Assembly: GCA_016182105.1 (NCBI GenBank)
Contig: JACOXZ010000010.1
Span: 1-62,631, forward strand
Reading direction: 5' to 3'
DNA: 62,631 bases
Origin: Candidatus Liptonbacteria bacterium
Lineage (GTDB): Bacteria > Patescibacteriota > Minisyncoccia > UBA6257 > 2-01-FULL-56-20
Translations under genes and position numbers: made by a program
Notes under the pieces: generated by a model
Database searches by the model: none
What the model was told of the DNA's origin: nothing
Seen by the model: the letters and a program-made list of their open reading frames with translations, nothing else
Shown here: positions 6,524 to 13,793 of the stretch, piece after piece
Layout of the letters: every line of letters begins with the position of its first letter
Position numbering within the stretch: the stretch's first letter is position 1

Positions 6524-8179
6524 CTAATAGTCCTCTCCCATCGGCGGCATACCCATACCTCCGCCTCCCATTCCTCTCTCCTTCTTCTCGGGTATATTCG
6601 TAACCGCCGCGCCAACCGTAAGGTAGTTAGCCGCCACAGAAATAGCATTCATGAATGCGGTCTTCACGACCTTCAAGGGGTCAATGATGCCTGCTTCCTT
6701 TAAGTCTGCAATCTTGTTCGTCATGGCGTTAAAGCCTAGCCACGGTTTGGACTGCGCTTTTTGCATTTTGAGTTCACTAATAATTTTACTTGGCGCCTCA
6801 CCGCTGTTTACAACAATCGCAGTCAAAGGCGCCTCGAGTGCGCGGCGGAGGATCATTGCGGCGGTTTGCTTCACGGTTACACTATCGCCTTTCGCTTCTT
6901 CCATCGTCGAGATCACATTGAAGAGCGCGATGCCGCCGCCGGGGACGATGCCCTCCTCCATCGCGGCGCGGGTTGCGTGAACGGCGTCCTCAACGCGTTG
7001 TTTCAATTCTTTCTGGGCAGACTCGGTCGGCGCGCCAACTTTGATGACTGCCACCCCGCCCGAGAGCTTGCCCAACCGCTCCTGGAGTTTTTCTTTATCA
7101 AAATCAGAGTCGGTCTTTTTGATCTGCGCCTTGATCTGCTGGACGCGAGCCTCGATATCGTTCTTTGCGCCCTTACCGCCCACGATTGTCGTATTATCTT
7201 TATTCGCAATCACTTTATGCGCGTGGCCGAGGTCGGCGACTACCACATTCTCGAGTTTCTTGCCCAAATCTTCCGAAATGAAGTTCGCGCCAGTTACAAC
7301 TGCGACATCCTGCAACATCTCCTTCCGTCGGTCGCCGAAACCCGGGGCCTTGACCGCCAAAACATTGAAGACGCCGCGAAGCTTGTTCACGACCAAGGTT
7401 GCGAGCGCTTCGCCCTCAACTTCGTCGGCGATAATCACAAGGTCTTTTTTGCCGCTCTGGACCACCTTTTCCAAAAGCGGCAAAAGCTCGGTGATTGAAG
7501 ATACTTTCTTGTCAGTTACCAAAATATAGGGGTCTTCGAGCACGGCTTCCATCCGCTCCTGGTTAGTGATCATATAGGGCGAGACGTAGCCGCGGTCAAA
7601 CTGCATCCCCTCGACCATATCATAGGAGTTGCCGATGGTGTTCGAATCCTCGATCGTGACCACCCCTTCCTTGCCAATTTTCCCCATCACTTCAGAGATC
7701 AAGCGGCCGATCTCCGGGTCTTTGGCTGCCAAGGTTGCCGACTCCTCAATTTTCTTATTGTCGTTAATGAGCTCGCGCTGGGATTCAAGTTTTTTCACGA
7801 CCTCGTTTGCAGAATGCCTAAGCTCTTCCGCAAGCTGAATCACGTTAAATCCCTTCTCGCGGATTGCCTTTTCGCCTTCGTCAATCATCGCGTGTGCCAA
7901 AACGACAGAGGTCGTGGTGCCGTCACCGACATTATCATTTGTTTTCTCCGCTGCCTGCTTTATGAAATCCGCGCCGAGGTTCTCGTATTTCTCTTCAAGC
8001 TCGATTTCTTTTGCAACTGTCACGCCGTCGAAGGTAACCTGCGGCGCTCCATAGCCCTTCTCGATCACAACCGCGCGGCCACGAGGGCCTAAAGTCATCC
8101 GGACCGCCTCCGCGAGCTTATCTATTCCTTTCTTTAGCGCCGCTCTGGCACTTTCGTTAAAAAGTAGTTGTTTTGCCAT
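6524..8179 (-). CDS. groEL: chaperonin GroEL
   Basis: 551 aa. AKQLLFNESAR...TLGPRGR...DGTTT... with a C-terminal GGGGMGM tail. Confidence 0.97.
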   Translation of the reverse strand: MAKQLLFNESARAALKKGIDKLAEAVRMTLGPRGRAVVIEKGYGAPQVTFDGVTVAKEIELEEKYENLGADFIKQAAEKTNDNVGDGTTTSVVLAHAMIDEGEKAIREKGFNVIQLAEELRHSANEVVKKLESQRELINDNKKIEESATLAAKDPEIGRLISEVMGKIGKEGVVTIEDSNTIGNSYDMVEGMQFDRGYVSPYMITNQERMEAVLEDPYILVTDKKVSSITELLPLLEKVVQSGKKDLVIIADEVEGEALATLVVNKLRGVFNVLAVKAPGFGDRRKEMLQDVAVVTGANFISEDLGKKLENVVVADLGHAHKVIANKDNTTIVGGKGAKNDIEARVQQIKAQIKKTDSDFDKEKLQERLGKLSGGVAVIKVGAPTESAQKELKQRVEDAVHATRAAMEEGIVPGGGIALFNVISTMEEAKGDSVTVKQTAAMILRRALEAPLTAIVVNSGEAPSKIISELKMQKAQSKPWLGFNAMTNKIADLKEAGIIDPLKVVKTAFMNAISVAANYLTVGAAVTNIPEKKERGMGGGGMGMPPMGEDY

Positions 8180-8187
8180 TGTTTTAG

Positions 8188-8478
8188 TTAGCCGATGATG
8201 GCTAGAATATCATCCTCATCTCCGACCAAGTATTTTTTCCCTTCGATTTCGATCTCATCCGGCCCGTACTTTTTAAAGAGCACCATGTCGCCGGGCGCGA
8301 CCGACATCGGCATCCGCTCGCCATTGTCCTTCACCTTGCCGGGGCCGATTGCCAAGACCTTGCCGCGGATGGGTTTCTCCTTGTCCGCCGTGTCGGGAAT
8401 CACAATTCCTGACTTCGTCATTTTTTCTTCGTCGACCGGTTCGATAAAAACGTGGTTTGAAAGTGGTTTGAAGTTCAT
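8188..8478 (-). CDS. groES: co-chaperonin GroES
   Basis: 96 aa. KPLSNHVFIEPVDEEKMTKSGIVIPDTA...GKVLAIGPG, 8 nt upstream of groEL. Confidence 0.95.
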   Translation of the reverse strand: MNFKPLSNHVFIEPVDEEKMTKSGIVIPDTADKEKPIRGKVLAIGPGKVKDNGERMPMSVAPGDMVLFKKYGPDEIEIEGKKYLVGDEDDILAIIG

Positions 8479-8537
8479 AACATTACGTGATTTATAACCT
8501 AATAACTAATTAGACCTTCGACTGTTAATGTTAAGAA

Positions 8538-8565
8538 ATTTTAGCGGAAACCGCCAGCGTGTCAA
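8538..8565 (-). promoter_or_regulatory. sigma70-type promoter of groES-groEL
   Basis: Minus sense TTGACA-16 nt-TAAAAT, about 60 nt upstream of the groES ATG. No CIRCE inverted repeat seen. Confidence 0.65.
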
Positions 8566-8710
8566 CCCCGTCACCAGATCGAGCCCTGCAACGCCTAAAC
8601 GCTTTCCCTATTTAATCGATTCCTCGCTGAAAATAGTCTATTTTATTGAAAAACTCTATATTTCCTTAGGCGTTGTGGAAAGCGAAGGGCTCGGCTCGGT
8701 GCGGGGTCAA
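8561..8710. repeat. 150-bp inverted-repeat module A (CCCCG...CGGGG termini, TCAA flanks) abutting the groES -35
   Basis: GTCAA-CCCCGTCACC...GGTGCGGGG-TCAA, with inner complementary pairs CGAGCCC/GGGCTCG, ACGCCTAA/TTAGGCGT and CGCTTTCC/GGAAAGCG. Confidence 0.7.
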
Positions 8711-9635
8711 GAGCCCGCCTTATTAATTTCTTCGTAGATATTCAAAACCGCTTTTACGGCATCCCCGGCCGAAATATTGTTCTGCTTGTAGAGCACGTCT
8801 GTTACGTCCCCCACTGCCCAGATGCCGGGCGCGGAGGTTTTCTGTGTTTTGTGGTCCACCACGATTTCGCCGAACTTATTTAGCTCCGCCATTCCCGCGA
8901 GAAAGTCCGTGTTTGGAATAGAGCCGATCTCAACGAAAACGCCTTGGAGATCGAGTGTTTTCTCTTCTCCCGTCTTACGATCTTTATACTTCAGGCCCGT
9001 CACGAACTTATCGCCCACAATTTTTTTCGTCTCGACCATCATCATAATGGTAACCTTGCCGTCCTTCTTCTTGATTGTTTCCTGTGTAATAGGATCGCCG
9101 CGGAGTACGTCTGTATACTCCATAAGATAAATCTTCGAGGCATACGGCAGGAGATCGAGAACGGCCTCAAGACCAGCATTCCCGCCACCCACGACTGCAA
9201 CCACCTTGTCCTTAAAAATCGGCGCGTCGCACGTCGAACAATAAGCGACTCCCCGGCCGTCTCGAGTTCTTTCTCGCCCGGGATGCCGAGCTTGCGCCGA
9301 CGGCTGCCGGTCGTAATTAAAAGATATTTCGTTTCAAAAGTTTTCCCGATTTGAGTTTTCACTTTGAAACCGCTCTGGAACTTTTCGACCGCCGAGACGA
9401 TGTCGCCCTCAATAATTTCAATACCTTCCTGTGCTCGGAGGTGATCCTCAAGCATTTTCGCGAAATCAAAACCGGAGACGGATTTCGTCCCAATCCAGTT
9501 TTGGATATCGGCGGAAACCAGGGACTGTCCGCCCCACTCTTCGGTTATGAGCAATGTTTTTATTTTCTTTCTGGCCCCGTAGACTCCCGCCGCTACTCCA
9601 CCCGGACCGCCTCCTATGATAATAAGGTCGTACAT
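8707..9635 (-). pseudogene. trxB: thioredoxin-disulfide reductase (TrxB) interrupted by a 1-nt frameshift near 9253-9263
   Basis: The N-terminal ORF (MYDLIIIGGGPGGVAAGVY...GIPGEKELE) and the C-terminal frame (GRGVAYCSTCDAPIFKDKVVAVVGGGNAGLEA...) are contiguous only after a -1 shift just upstream of the CSTC redox motif. Confidence 0.8.
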
Positions 9636-9656
9636 GGTTTAAAGGTGAGACTAGGT

Positions 9657-9743
9657 TTATTGCGGGAGTTGTACGGGGCGGGCCGCATAGACGCCGGCAG
9701 CCACGCCGCCGGGACCGCCGCCAACAATCACTAAATCATACAT
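9657..9743 (-). pseudogene. decayed duplicate of the trxB 5' end
   Basis: Minus-strand ATGTATGATTTAGTG... = MYDLVIVGGGPGGVAAGVYAARPVQLPQ*, versus trxB MYDLIIIGGGPGGVAAGVYGARKK. Confidence 0.6.
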
Positions 9744-9749
9744 ATTAAA

Positions 9750-9812
9750 TTATTGAGGTTGGCGAGCCTCGCCTCTGGCGGGCCGCCGATTATTTATTAT
9801 TAGATCATACAT
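9750..9812 (-). pseudogene. second, more degraded trxB 5' remnant
   Basis: ATGTATGATCTAATAATA... = MYDLIINNRRPARGEARQPQ*. It begins 6 nt after the glutaredoxin stop. Confidence 0.4.
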
Positions 9813-9817
9813 TCCGT

Positions 9818-10060
9818 TTAAATTTTGATATCCAAAGCTTTGGCGAGGGCGCTCCGATCAAAGCCCACAAAGATCTCGCCGTCAATATCAATCACTGGCA
9901 CTCCCAGCTGATGTGACTTATTAACCATGTCCTCGCGAGCCTTAGGGTCGCTTGCCACATCGCTCTCTTCATATTCAATGTTGTGCTTTTTAAATAGTTC
10001 TTTGGTCATCTTGCAGTAAACGCAGGAAGGGGTGGTATATATTTTAACTTTTTTGTCCAT
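9818..10060 (-). CDS. glutaredoxin-like protein (NrdH/YruB type)
   Basis: 80 aa. KIYTTPSCVYCKMTKELF (CxxC motif) and GVPVIDIDGEIFVGFD. Confidence 0.85.
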   Translation of the reverse strand: MDKKVKIYTTPSCVYCKMTKELFKKHNIEYEESDVASDPKAREDMVNKSHQLGVPVIDIDGEIFVGFDRSALAKALDIKI

Positions 10061-10075
10061 AAATATTATTTGGAT

Positions 10076-10240
10076 TCAAACGACCTTTTTCTCGAAGATC
10101 GCCCAAGCACTTAGAAGTACTATTAAGACTCCGGAAATGACATTGCTCCACTTCATCAAGCTAATGCTTGAAAATCCCAAGACCCATGGAGAAATAATGA
10201 TCCAAAAACCGGCTATAAGCTCTACCCATCTTGAAGTCAT
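10076..10240 (-). CDS. SPW-repeat small membrane protein (54 aa; not in ORF track)
   Basis: Own translation MTSRWVELIAGFWIIISPWVLGFSSISLMKWSNVISGVLIVLLSAWAIFEKKVV*, with the characteristic ISPWVLGF / WSNVI.G motifs. Confidence 0.6.
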   Translation of the reverse strand: MTSRWVELIAGFWIIISPWVLGFSSISLMKWSNVISGVLIVLLSAWAIFEKKVV

Positions 10241-10246
10241 AAATTA

Positions 10247-10274
10247 ATTTTATTGAAGATATTTCTTTCGTCAA
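10247..10274 (-). promoter_or_regulatory. sigma70-type promoter, probably giving a leaderless SPW-grx-trxB transcript
   Basis: Minus sense TTGACG-16 nt-TAAAAT, then only 6 nt (TAATTT) before the ATG at 10240. Confidence 0.6.
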
Positions 10275-10420
10275 CCCCGTCACCTTAGAAAGATTTCGTT
10301 TTTCAAAACGCTTTTTGCCAAAACACGGTTTCTACTTTTTAAAAATCTGATTTGCGAATGAAGAACGTCCTCTCAAGAAAAACGGCTGGCGCTCACATCT
10401 TTCTAAGGTGCGGGGTCAAC
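10270..10420. repeat. 151-bp inverted-repeat module B abutting the -35 of the SPW/grx/trxB promoter
   Basis: GTCAA-CCCCGTCACCTTAGAAAGAT...ATCTTTCTAAGGTGCGGGG-TCAAC. The arms are 19-20 bp with one bulged T. Confidence 0.75.
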
Positions 10421-10459
10421 AAAAAAATCCCCCCCGATCACGGTCGGGGGGGATTTTTT
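10421..10459. terminator. bidirectional rho-independent terminator
   Basis: AAAAAAA-TCCCCCCGA-TCACGG-TCGGGGGGA-TTTTTT. Confidence 0.75.
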
Positions 10460-10467
10460 GACTTTTC

Positions 10468-10638
10468 CTAGCGTCTGAACGACTGCCTCATTGAACGGTG
10501 GCAGTCGCGGCACAGAAGCTGATCCAAGCGATTCGGATCAGGATTGAAAGGCAAGCTTTCGATCTTCGCTCCGCACTTGGAACACTTCCAATCACCCTTG
10601 AACTCCTGACGCGGGGGTCGATTATCTTGATAATCCAT
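10468..10638 (-). CDS. CxxC-x17-CxxC zinc-ribbon small protein (56 aa; not in ORF track)
   Basis: Own translation MDYQDNRPPRQEFKGDWKCSKCGAKIESLPFNPDPNRLDQLLCRDCHRSMRQSFRR*. The KCxxCG...LPF.PD......C..C pattern is that of the CxxC-x17-CxxC domain family. Confidence 0.7.
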   Translation of the reverse strand: MDYQDNRPPRQEFKGDWKCSKCGAKIESLPFNPDPNRLDQLLCRDCHRSMRQSFRR

Positions 10639-10650
10639 AAACTTTTTATT

Positions 10651-10690
10651 ATTTCGCCCTTTATGTTAACTTAGCTTACCTGGGCGAAAT
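10651..10690 (-). promoter_or_regulatory. 9-bp inverted repeat spanning a candidate promoter of the zinc-ribbon gene
   Basis: ATTTCGCCC (10651-10659) / GGGCGAAAT (10682-10690). Minus sense TTAACA-16 nt-TAAGTT lies between the arms. Confidence 0.35.
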
Positions 10691-10741
10691 GTTAAAAAAA
10701 ACAAGCCCCAGCGCTAATTTAAACTATCTGTAAGTTTATTC

Positions 10742-11458
10742 TTATTTCAAAATACTGTCAATAGCGGCCTTAAATTGAGCGTAGGGAAGGGCGCCAATAA
10801 GCTTTTGGCTGTTAACAAAAGTTGTTGGCGTTGAGTTTACGCCCAGGGCTCTTGCGTTATTATTATCTTCTTCCACTTGTCTTGCATATTTTTTGCTATC
10901 AAAACAGGAAGTAAAGGAAGAATTATCGAGCTTAAGTTCGCTGGCTAATTTAAGGAAAAGGTCTCGATTTAAGTTGCCGTTGTTTTCACGGCCGTCTTTT
11001 ATTTCGGTTTCATAAATAGCGTCATGAAAGGCCCAGAACTGCTTCTGATCTTTGGCACATTCAGCCGCCTCTGCGGCGGCAGTTGACTCTGGCCCAAGAA
11101 AGGAGAAATTCATAAAAACCATTTTTACCTTGCCGGACTTAATGTAATTTTCCCGTAAAGGAATTTCCACCTGCTCAAAAAACCGACCGCAAAAAGGGCA
11201 CTGATAATCGCCGAATTCAATCAAAGTCACCGGCGCCTTGGGGTCTCCCAAGATTACATCGCGATCTGAAGTTTTTAGATTAGAGGTTTCTTTGATAGTG
11301 GCTAACTGGTCAGAGTCTTCTTTACCAACGTCACTAACGCCACCCGTGCTTCGGCTCCCAACTAAATAGACAATCGAGCCGGAAATTAAAATTGCCGCAA
11401 CAAGAATGCTCGCTGGCAAGAGATAGTCTCGTTTCTCTTTGTTCATTTCTCCTTCCAT
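10742..11458 (-). CDS. DsbA-family thiol:disulfide oxidoreductase, membrane-anchored
   Basis: 238 aa with an N-terminal TM helix and FGDYQCPFCGRF (CPFC active site). Confidence 0.85.
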   Translation of the reverse strand: MEGEMNKEKRDYLLPASILVAAILISGSIVYLVGSRSTGGVSDVGKEDSDQLATIKETSNLKTSDRDVILGDPKAPVTLIEFGDYQCPFCGRFFEQVEIPLRENYIKSGKVKMVFMNFSFLGPESTAAAEAAECAKDQKQFWAFHDAIYETEIKDGRENNGNLNRDLFLKLASELKLDNSSFTSCFDSKKYARQVEEDNNNARALGVNSTPTTFVNSQKLIGALPYAQFKAAIDSILK

Positions 11459-11470
11459 AAATTAGCCTTA

Positions 11471-11498
11471 ACTCTAGCATATAAAATTCTTGGGTCAA
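11471..11498 (-). promoter_or_regulatory. sigma70-type promoter of the dsbA-like gene
   Basis: Minus sense TTGACC-16 nt-TAGAGT, 12 nt before the ATG. Confidence 0.5.
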
Positions 11499-11641
11499 CC
11501 CCCACACTAATAGTGGTTTGCGAAGCTAACTGCATTCCATGGTTAAATTCAAACAACCTGATTTTTCCCGAAAAACCTTGTTGCTTAGGCCTAACTCTGG
11601 CTTCGTCTAGAATGCCTAACCACTATTAGTGTGGGGGTCAA
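11494..11641. repeat. 148-bp inverted-repeat module C abutting the dsbA-like -35
   Basis: GTCAA-CCCCCACACTAATAGTGGTT...AACCACTATTAGTGTGGGGG-TCAA, with perfect 20-bp arms. Confidence 0.8.
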
Positions 11642-11698
11642 GCACGGCTAAATTGCTAAAATATGCTAAAAATGTAAACTTAAAGAAAGTGGAAAAAT

Positions 11699-13081
11699 GT
11701 GAACGGGCTTTCTCTTAAAGAGAAGGCTTTATTATTAAAGCTGATGTCTAAAGATAAATGCAAGATTCTCATCCTCCTCTTCGGAGACATAGTCGTCCTC
11801 TACTTGGCGCTCTTCCTAACGCTCGCCATCCGCTATGGAAGTTTCTTTTTTGAAGCTTTCACTAATTTTCACGCTCGGCCTTTCTCGATCGTTTTTGCTT
11901 TATGGATCGCGGTCTTCTATATCGCTGGCCTCTACAATCTCCGTCATCTCCGCAACGGTTTTGACTTTCAAAAGAACTTGGCCTTGACCTTGGGCATAAA
12001 CGCCTTGATCGCCGTTTCTTTCTTCTACCTTATCCCGATCTTTGGCATTGCGCCAAGAAGAAATCTTTTCATCTTTCTTGTTATCTTCGCAGTCGTCCAA
12101 TTTTATTGGCGCCGTTTTTTCAATAGATCAGCCGCAAGCGGCGAGGCTCCAAATAAAGTACTCCTCGTTGGGAACGGCGGGACCGCCGAGGAGATCTATA
12201 AAACCATTACCTCTAATCCCCAGCTAGGATACGAAATAGTCAAATGGGAAAAGGAAGAAGAGGTTAACCAAACCATAAATAATTTAAAATCGCTTCTAAA
12301 AGAACATCGGGTTAATCTCGTTGTCGTTCCCAGGCATCTCAAAAAAAACGAGAGATTAAGTAAAAAACTTTATGAACTCCTCTCCATGGGCATAGAAATA
12401 AGAGATCTGCCTAATTTTTATGAATTGATTTTCCAAAAAATTCCGCTCTCTGACCTTGAAGAAACGTGGTTTCTCGAACACCTGGCTCACGGGCATCAGC
12501 GTTTCTACGACCAGCTAAAACGCGGCGGCGAATTTCTCTTGGCCTTAATTTTAGGCTTAGTCCTCTTACCCTTAGAATTATTGATCGCTATATTAATAAA
12601 AATCTTCTCGCCTGGCCCGGTGATTTACCGACAAAAAAGAGTAGGCAAAAACGGCCTGGAATTCACCCTCTACAAATTCCGAACCATGAAAGTTGACGCT
12701 GAAAAAGACGGCCCTAAATGGTCAAAACTTAATGACAAGCGATCGACCGCAATCGGCCACCTGCTTCGCTTTACCCACTTAGATGAACTGCCCCAGCTTT
12801 TAAATATCCTCAGGGGCGAGCTTTCCTTTGTTGGGCCAAGACCGGAAAGACCGGAGTTTGTCTTAAAGCTCCGCGAAGAGATCGCTCATTACGATATTCG
12901 GCATTTAATTAAACCGGGCATTACCGGCTGGGCCCAAATTAACCATCGCCATGAAGCTTCAGTCGAAGATACTCACGAAAAACTCCAGTACGACATTTAC
13001 TATTTAAAAAACCGCTCGCCGGTCCTCGATATGTCAATAATTTTAAAAACTTTTAAGAACTTTTTTGCCGATTCGTCTTAA
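11699..13081 (+). CDS. polyprenyl-phosphate glycosyl-1-phosphate transferase (WbaP/EpsB-type priming sugar transferase)
   Basis: 460 aa with N-terminal TM helices. PGPVIYRQKRVGKNG..F.LYKFRTM...LDELPQLLNILRGELSFVGPRPERPEF. GTG start. Confidence 0.9.
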   Translation: MNGLSLKEKALLLKLMSKDKCKILILLFGDIVVLYLALFLTLAIRYGSFFFEAFTNFHARPFSIVFALWIAVFYIAGLYNLRHLRNGFDFQKNLALTLGINALIAVSFFYLIPIFGIAPRRNLFIFLVIFAVVQFYWRRFFNRSAASGEAPNKVLLVGNGGTAEEIYKTITSNPQLGYEIVKWEKEEEVNQTINNLKSLLKEHRVNLVVVPRHLKKNERLSKKLYELLSMGIEIRDLPNFYELIFQKIPLSDLEETWFLEHLAHGHQRFYDQLKRGGEFLLALILGLVLLPLELLIAILIKIFSPGPVIYRQKRVGKNGLEFTLYKFRTMKVDAEKDGPKWSKLNDKRSTAIGHLLRFTHLDELPQLLNILRGELSFVGPRPERPEFVLKLREEIAHYDIRHLIKPGITGWAQINHRHEASVEDTHEKLQYDIYYLKNRSPVLDMSIILKTFKNFFADSS

Positions 13082-13091
13082 ATAACACTTA

Positions 13092-13793
13092 CTACCACTC
13101 TCTAATCGCTTTTTCCCAGCGTTCTAAGTTTCCGCAATCAAACCAGCGACCGTTTTCTACTTTGTAGCCAAGAAGTTTTCCTTCAGATGCAATTTTGGGA
13201 AAAACGTCGTTCTCAATCATCAGGAAGTCCTTAGTTAAGTCCGCGTAATCAAAAACTGTGGGCTCCAAAATATAAAGTCCGGAAGAGATAAATTCCGTGG
13301 GAGGATTCTTTGGCTTCTCCAAAAATTCTCTGATGTGGTGGCCATTTATCAGAGGGACCCCGTATTCTTCCGGATTCGGAACCTTAACTAAGGCTATGGT
13401 TGCCACTGGTGAGTGGGCTTCGTGAAAGTTCTTCAGGGCGCTTAAGTCAAAGTCCTTGAGTTCGTCGCCGTTCGAGAGAATGAATTTCTCATTGCCGATC
13501 CAGCCGCGCAGATGCTTAAGGTACCCAAAGGTTCCGCTTGGTTGATCTTCGAAGAATATGGTAATCTTCTCATCGGGCATCTCGCCCCTCCACGTTTTCT
13601 GCCAACGCGAAAAATCCGCTTCATGCGCTCGACTCACCACAACTCCAATCTCGTGAATCCCGTGGCGCGTAAAGAGATCTACAAGATGATTTAAGATGGG
13701 TTTTTTCTTTACGGTAAGAAGCGGCTTGGGGATCTCGTATGTAACTGGCCGAAGACGCGTTCCTAATCCTCCAGCCTGAATAATTGCCTTCAT
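13092..13793 (-). CDS. sugar-1-phosphate nucleotidyltransferase
   Basis: MKAIIQAGGLGTRLRPVTYEIPKPLL N-terminal signature. Confidence 0.85.
   Translation of the reverse strand: MKAIIQAGGLGTRLRPVTYEIPKPLLTVKKKPILNHLVDLFTRHGIHEIGVVVSRAHEADFSRWQKTWRGEMPDEKITIFFEDQPSGTFGYLKHLRGWIGNEKFILSNGDELKDFDLSALKNFHEAHSPVATIALVKVPNPEEYGVPLINGHHIREFLEKPKNPPTEFISSGLYILEPTVFDYADLTKDFLMIENDVFPKIASEGKLLGYKVENGRWFDCGNLERWEKAIREW

Noticed and set aside
6388-6703. GC-rich ORFs on both strands downstream of groEL (6388-6603, 6394-6648, 6446-6703)
   Set aside because: They have Arg/Pro/Gly-rich low-complexity translations across a hairpin-dense non-coding segment. The segment is better explained as structured RNA/terminator sequence.
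6651-8092. Several plus-strand ORFs of 69-245 aa (6651-6980, 6761-7498, 7041-7529, 7629-7838, 7814-8092)
   Set aside because: All lie antisense to groEL. These are typical long shadow frames of a highly expressed, biased gene.
8479-8560. CIRCE (HrcA operator) upstream of groES
   Set aside because: No TTAGCACTC-N9-GAGTGCTAA-like inverted repeat is present between the promoter and the groES start.
10032-10247. 71-aa plus-strand ORF
   Set aside because: The minus strand of the same interval encodes a convincing SPW-repeat membrane protein positioned behind a good promoter.
8561-11641. CRISPR array interpretation of the repeated CCCCG.../...CGGGG units
   Set aside because: The units are inverted-repeat pairs with different sequences. 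They are separated by genes, have no constant direct repeat or regular spacer length, and no cas genes are present.
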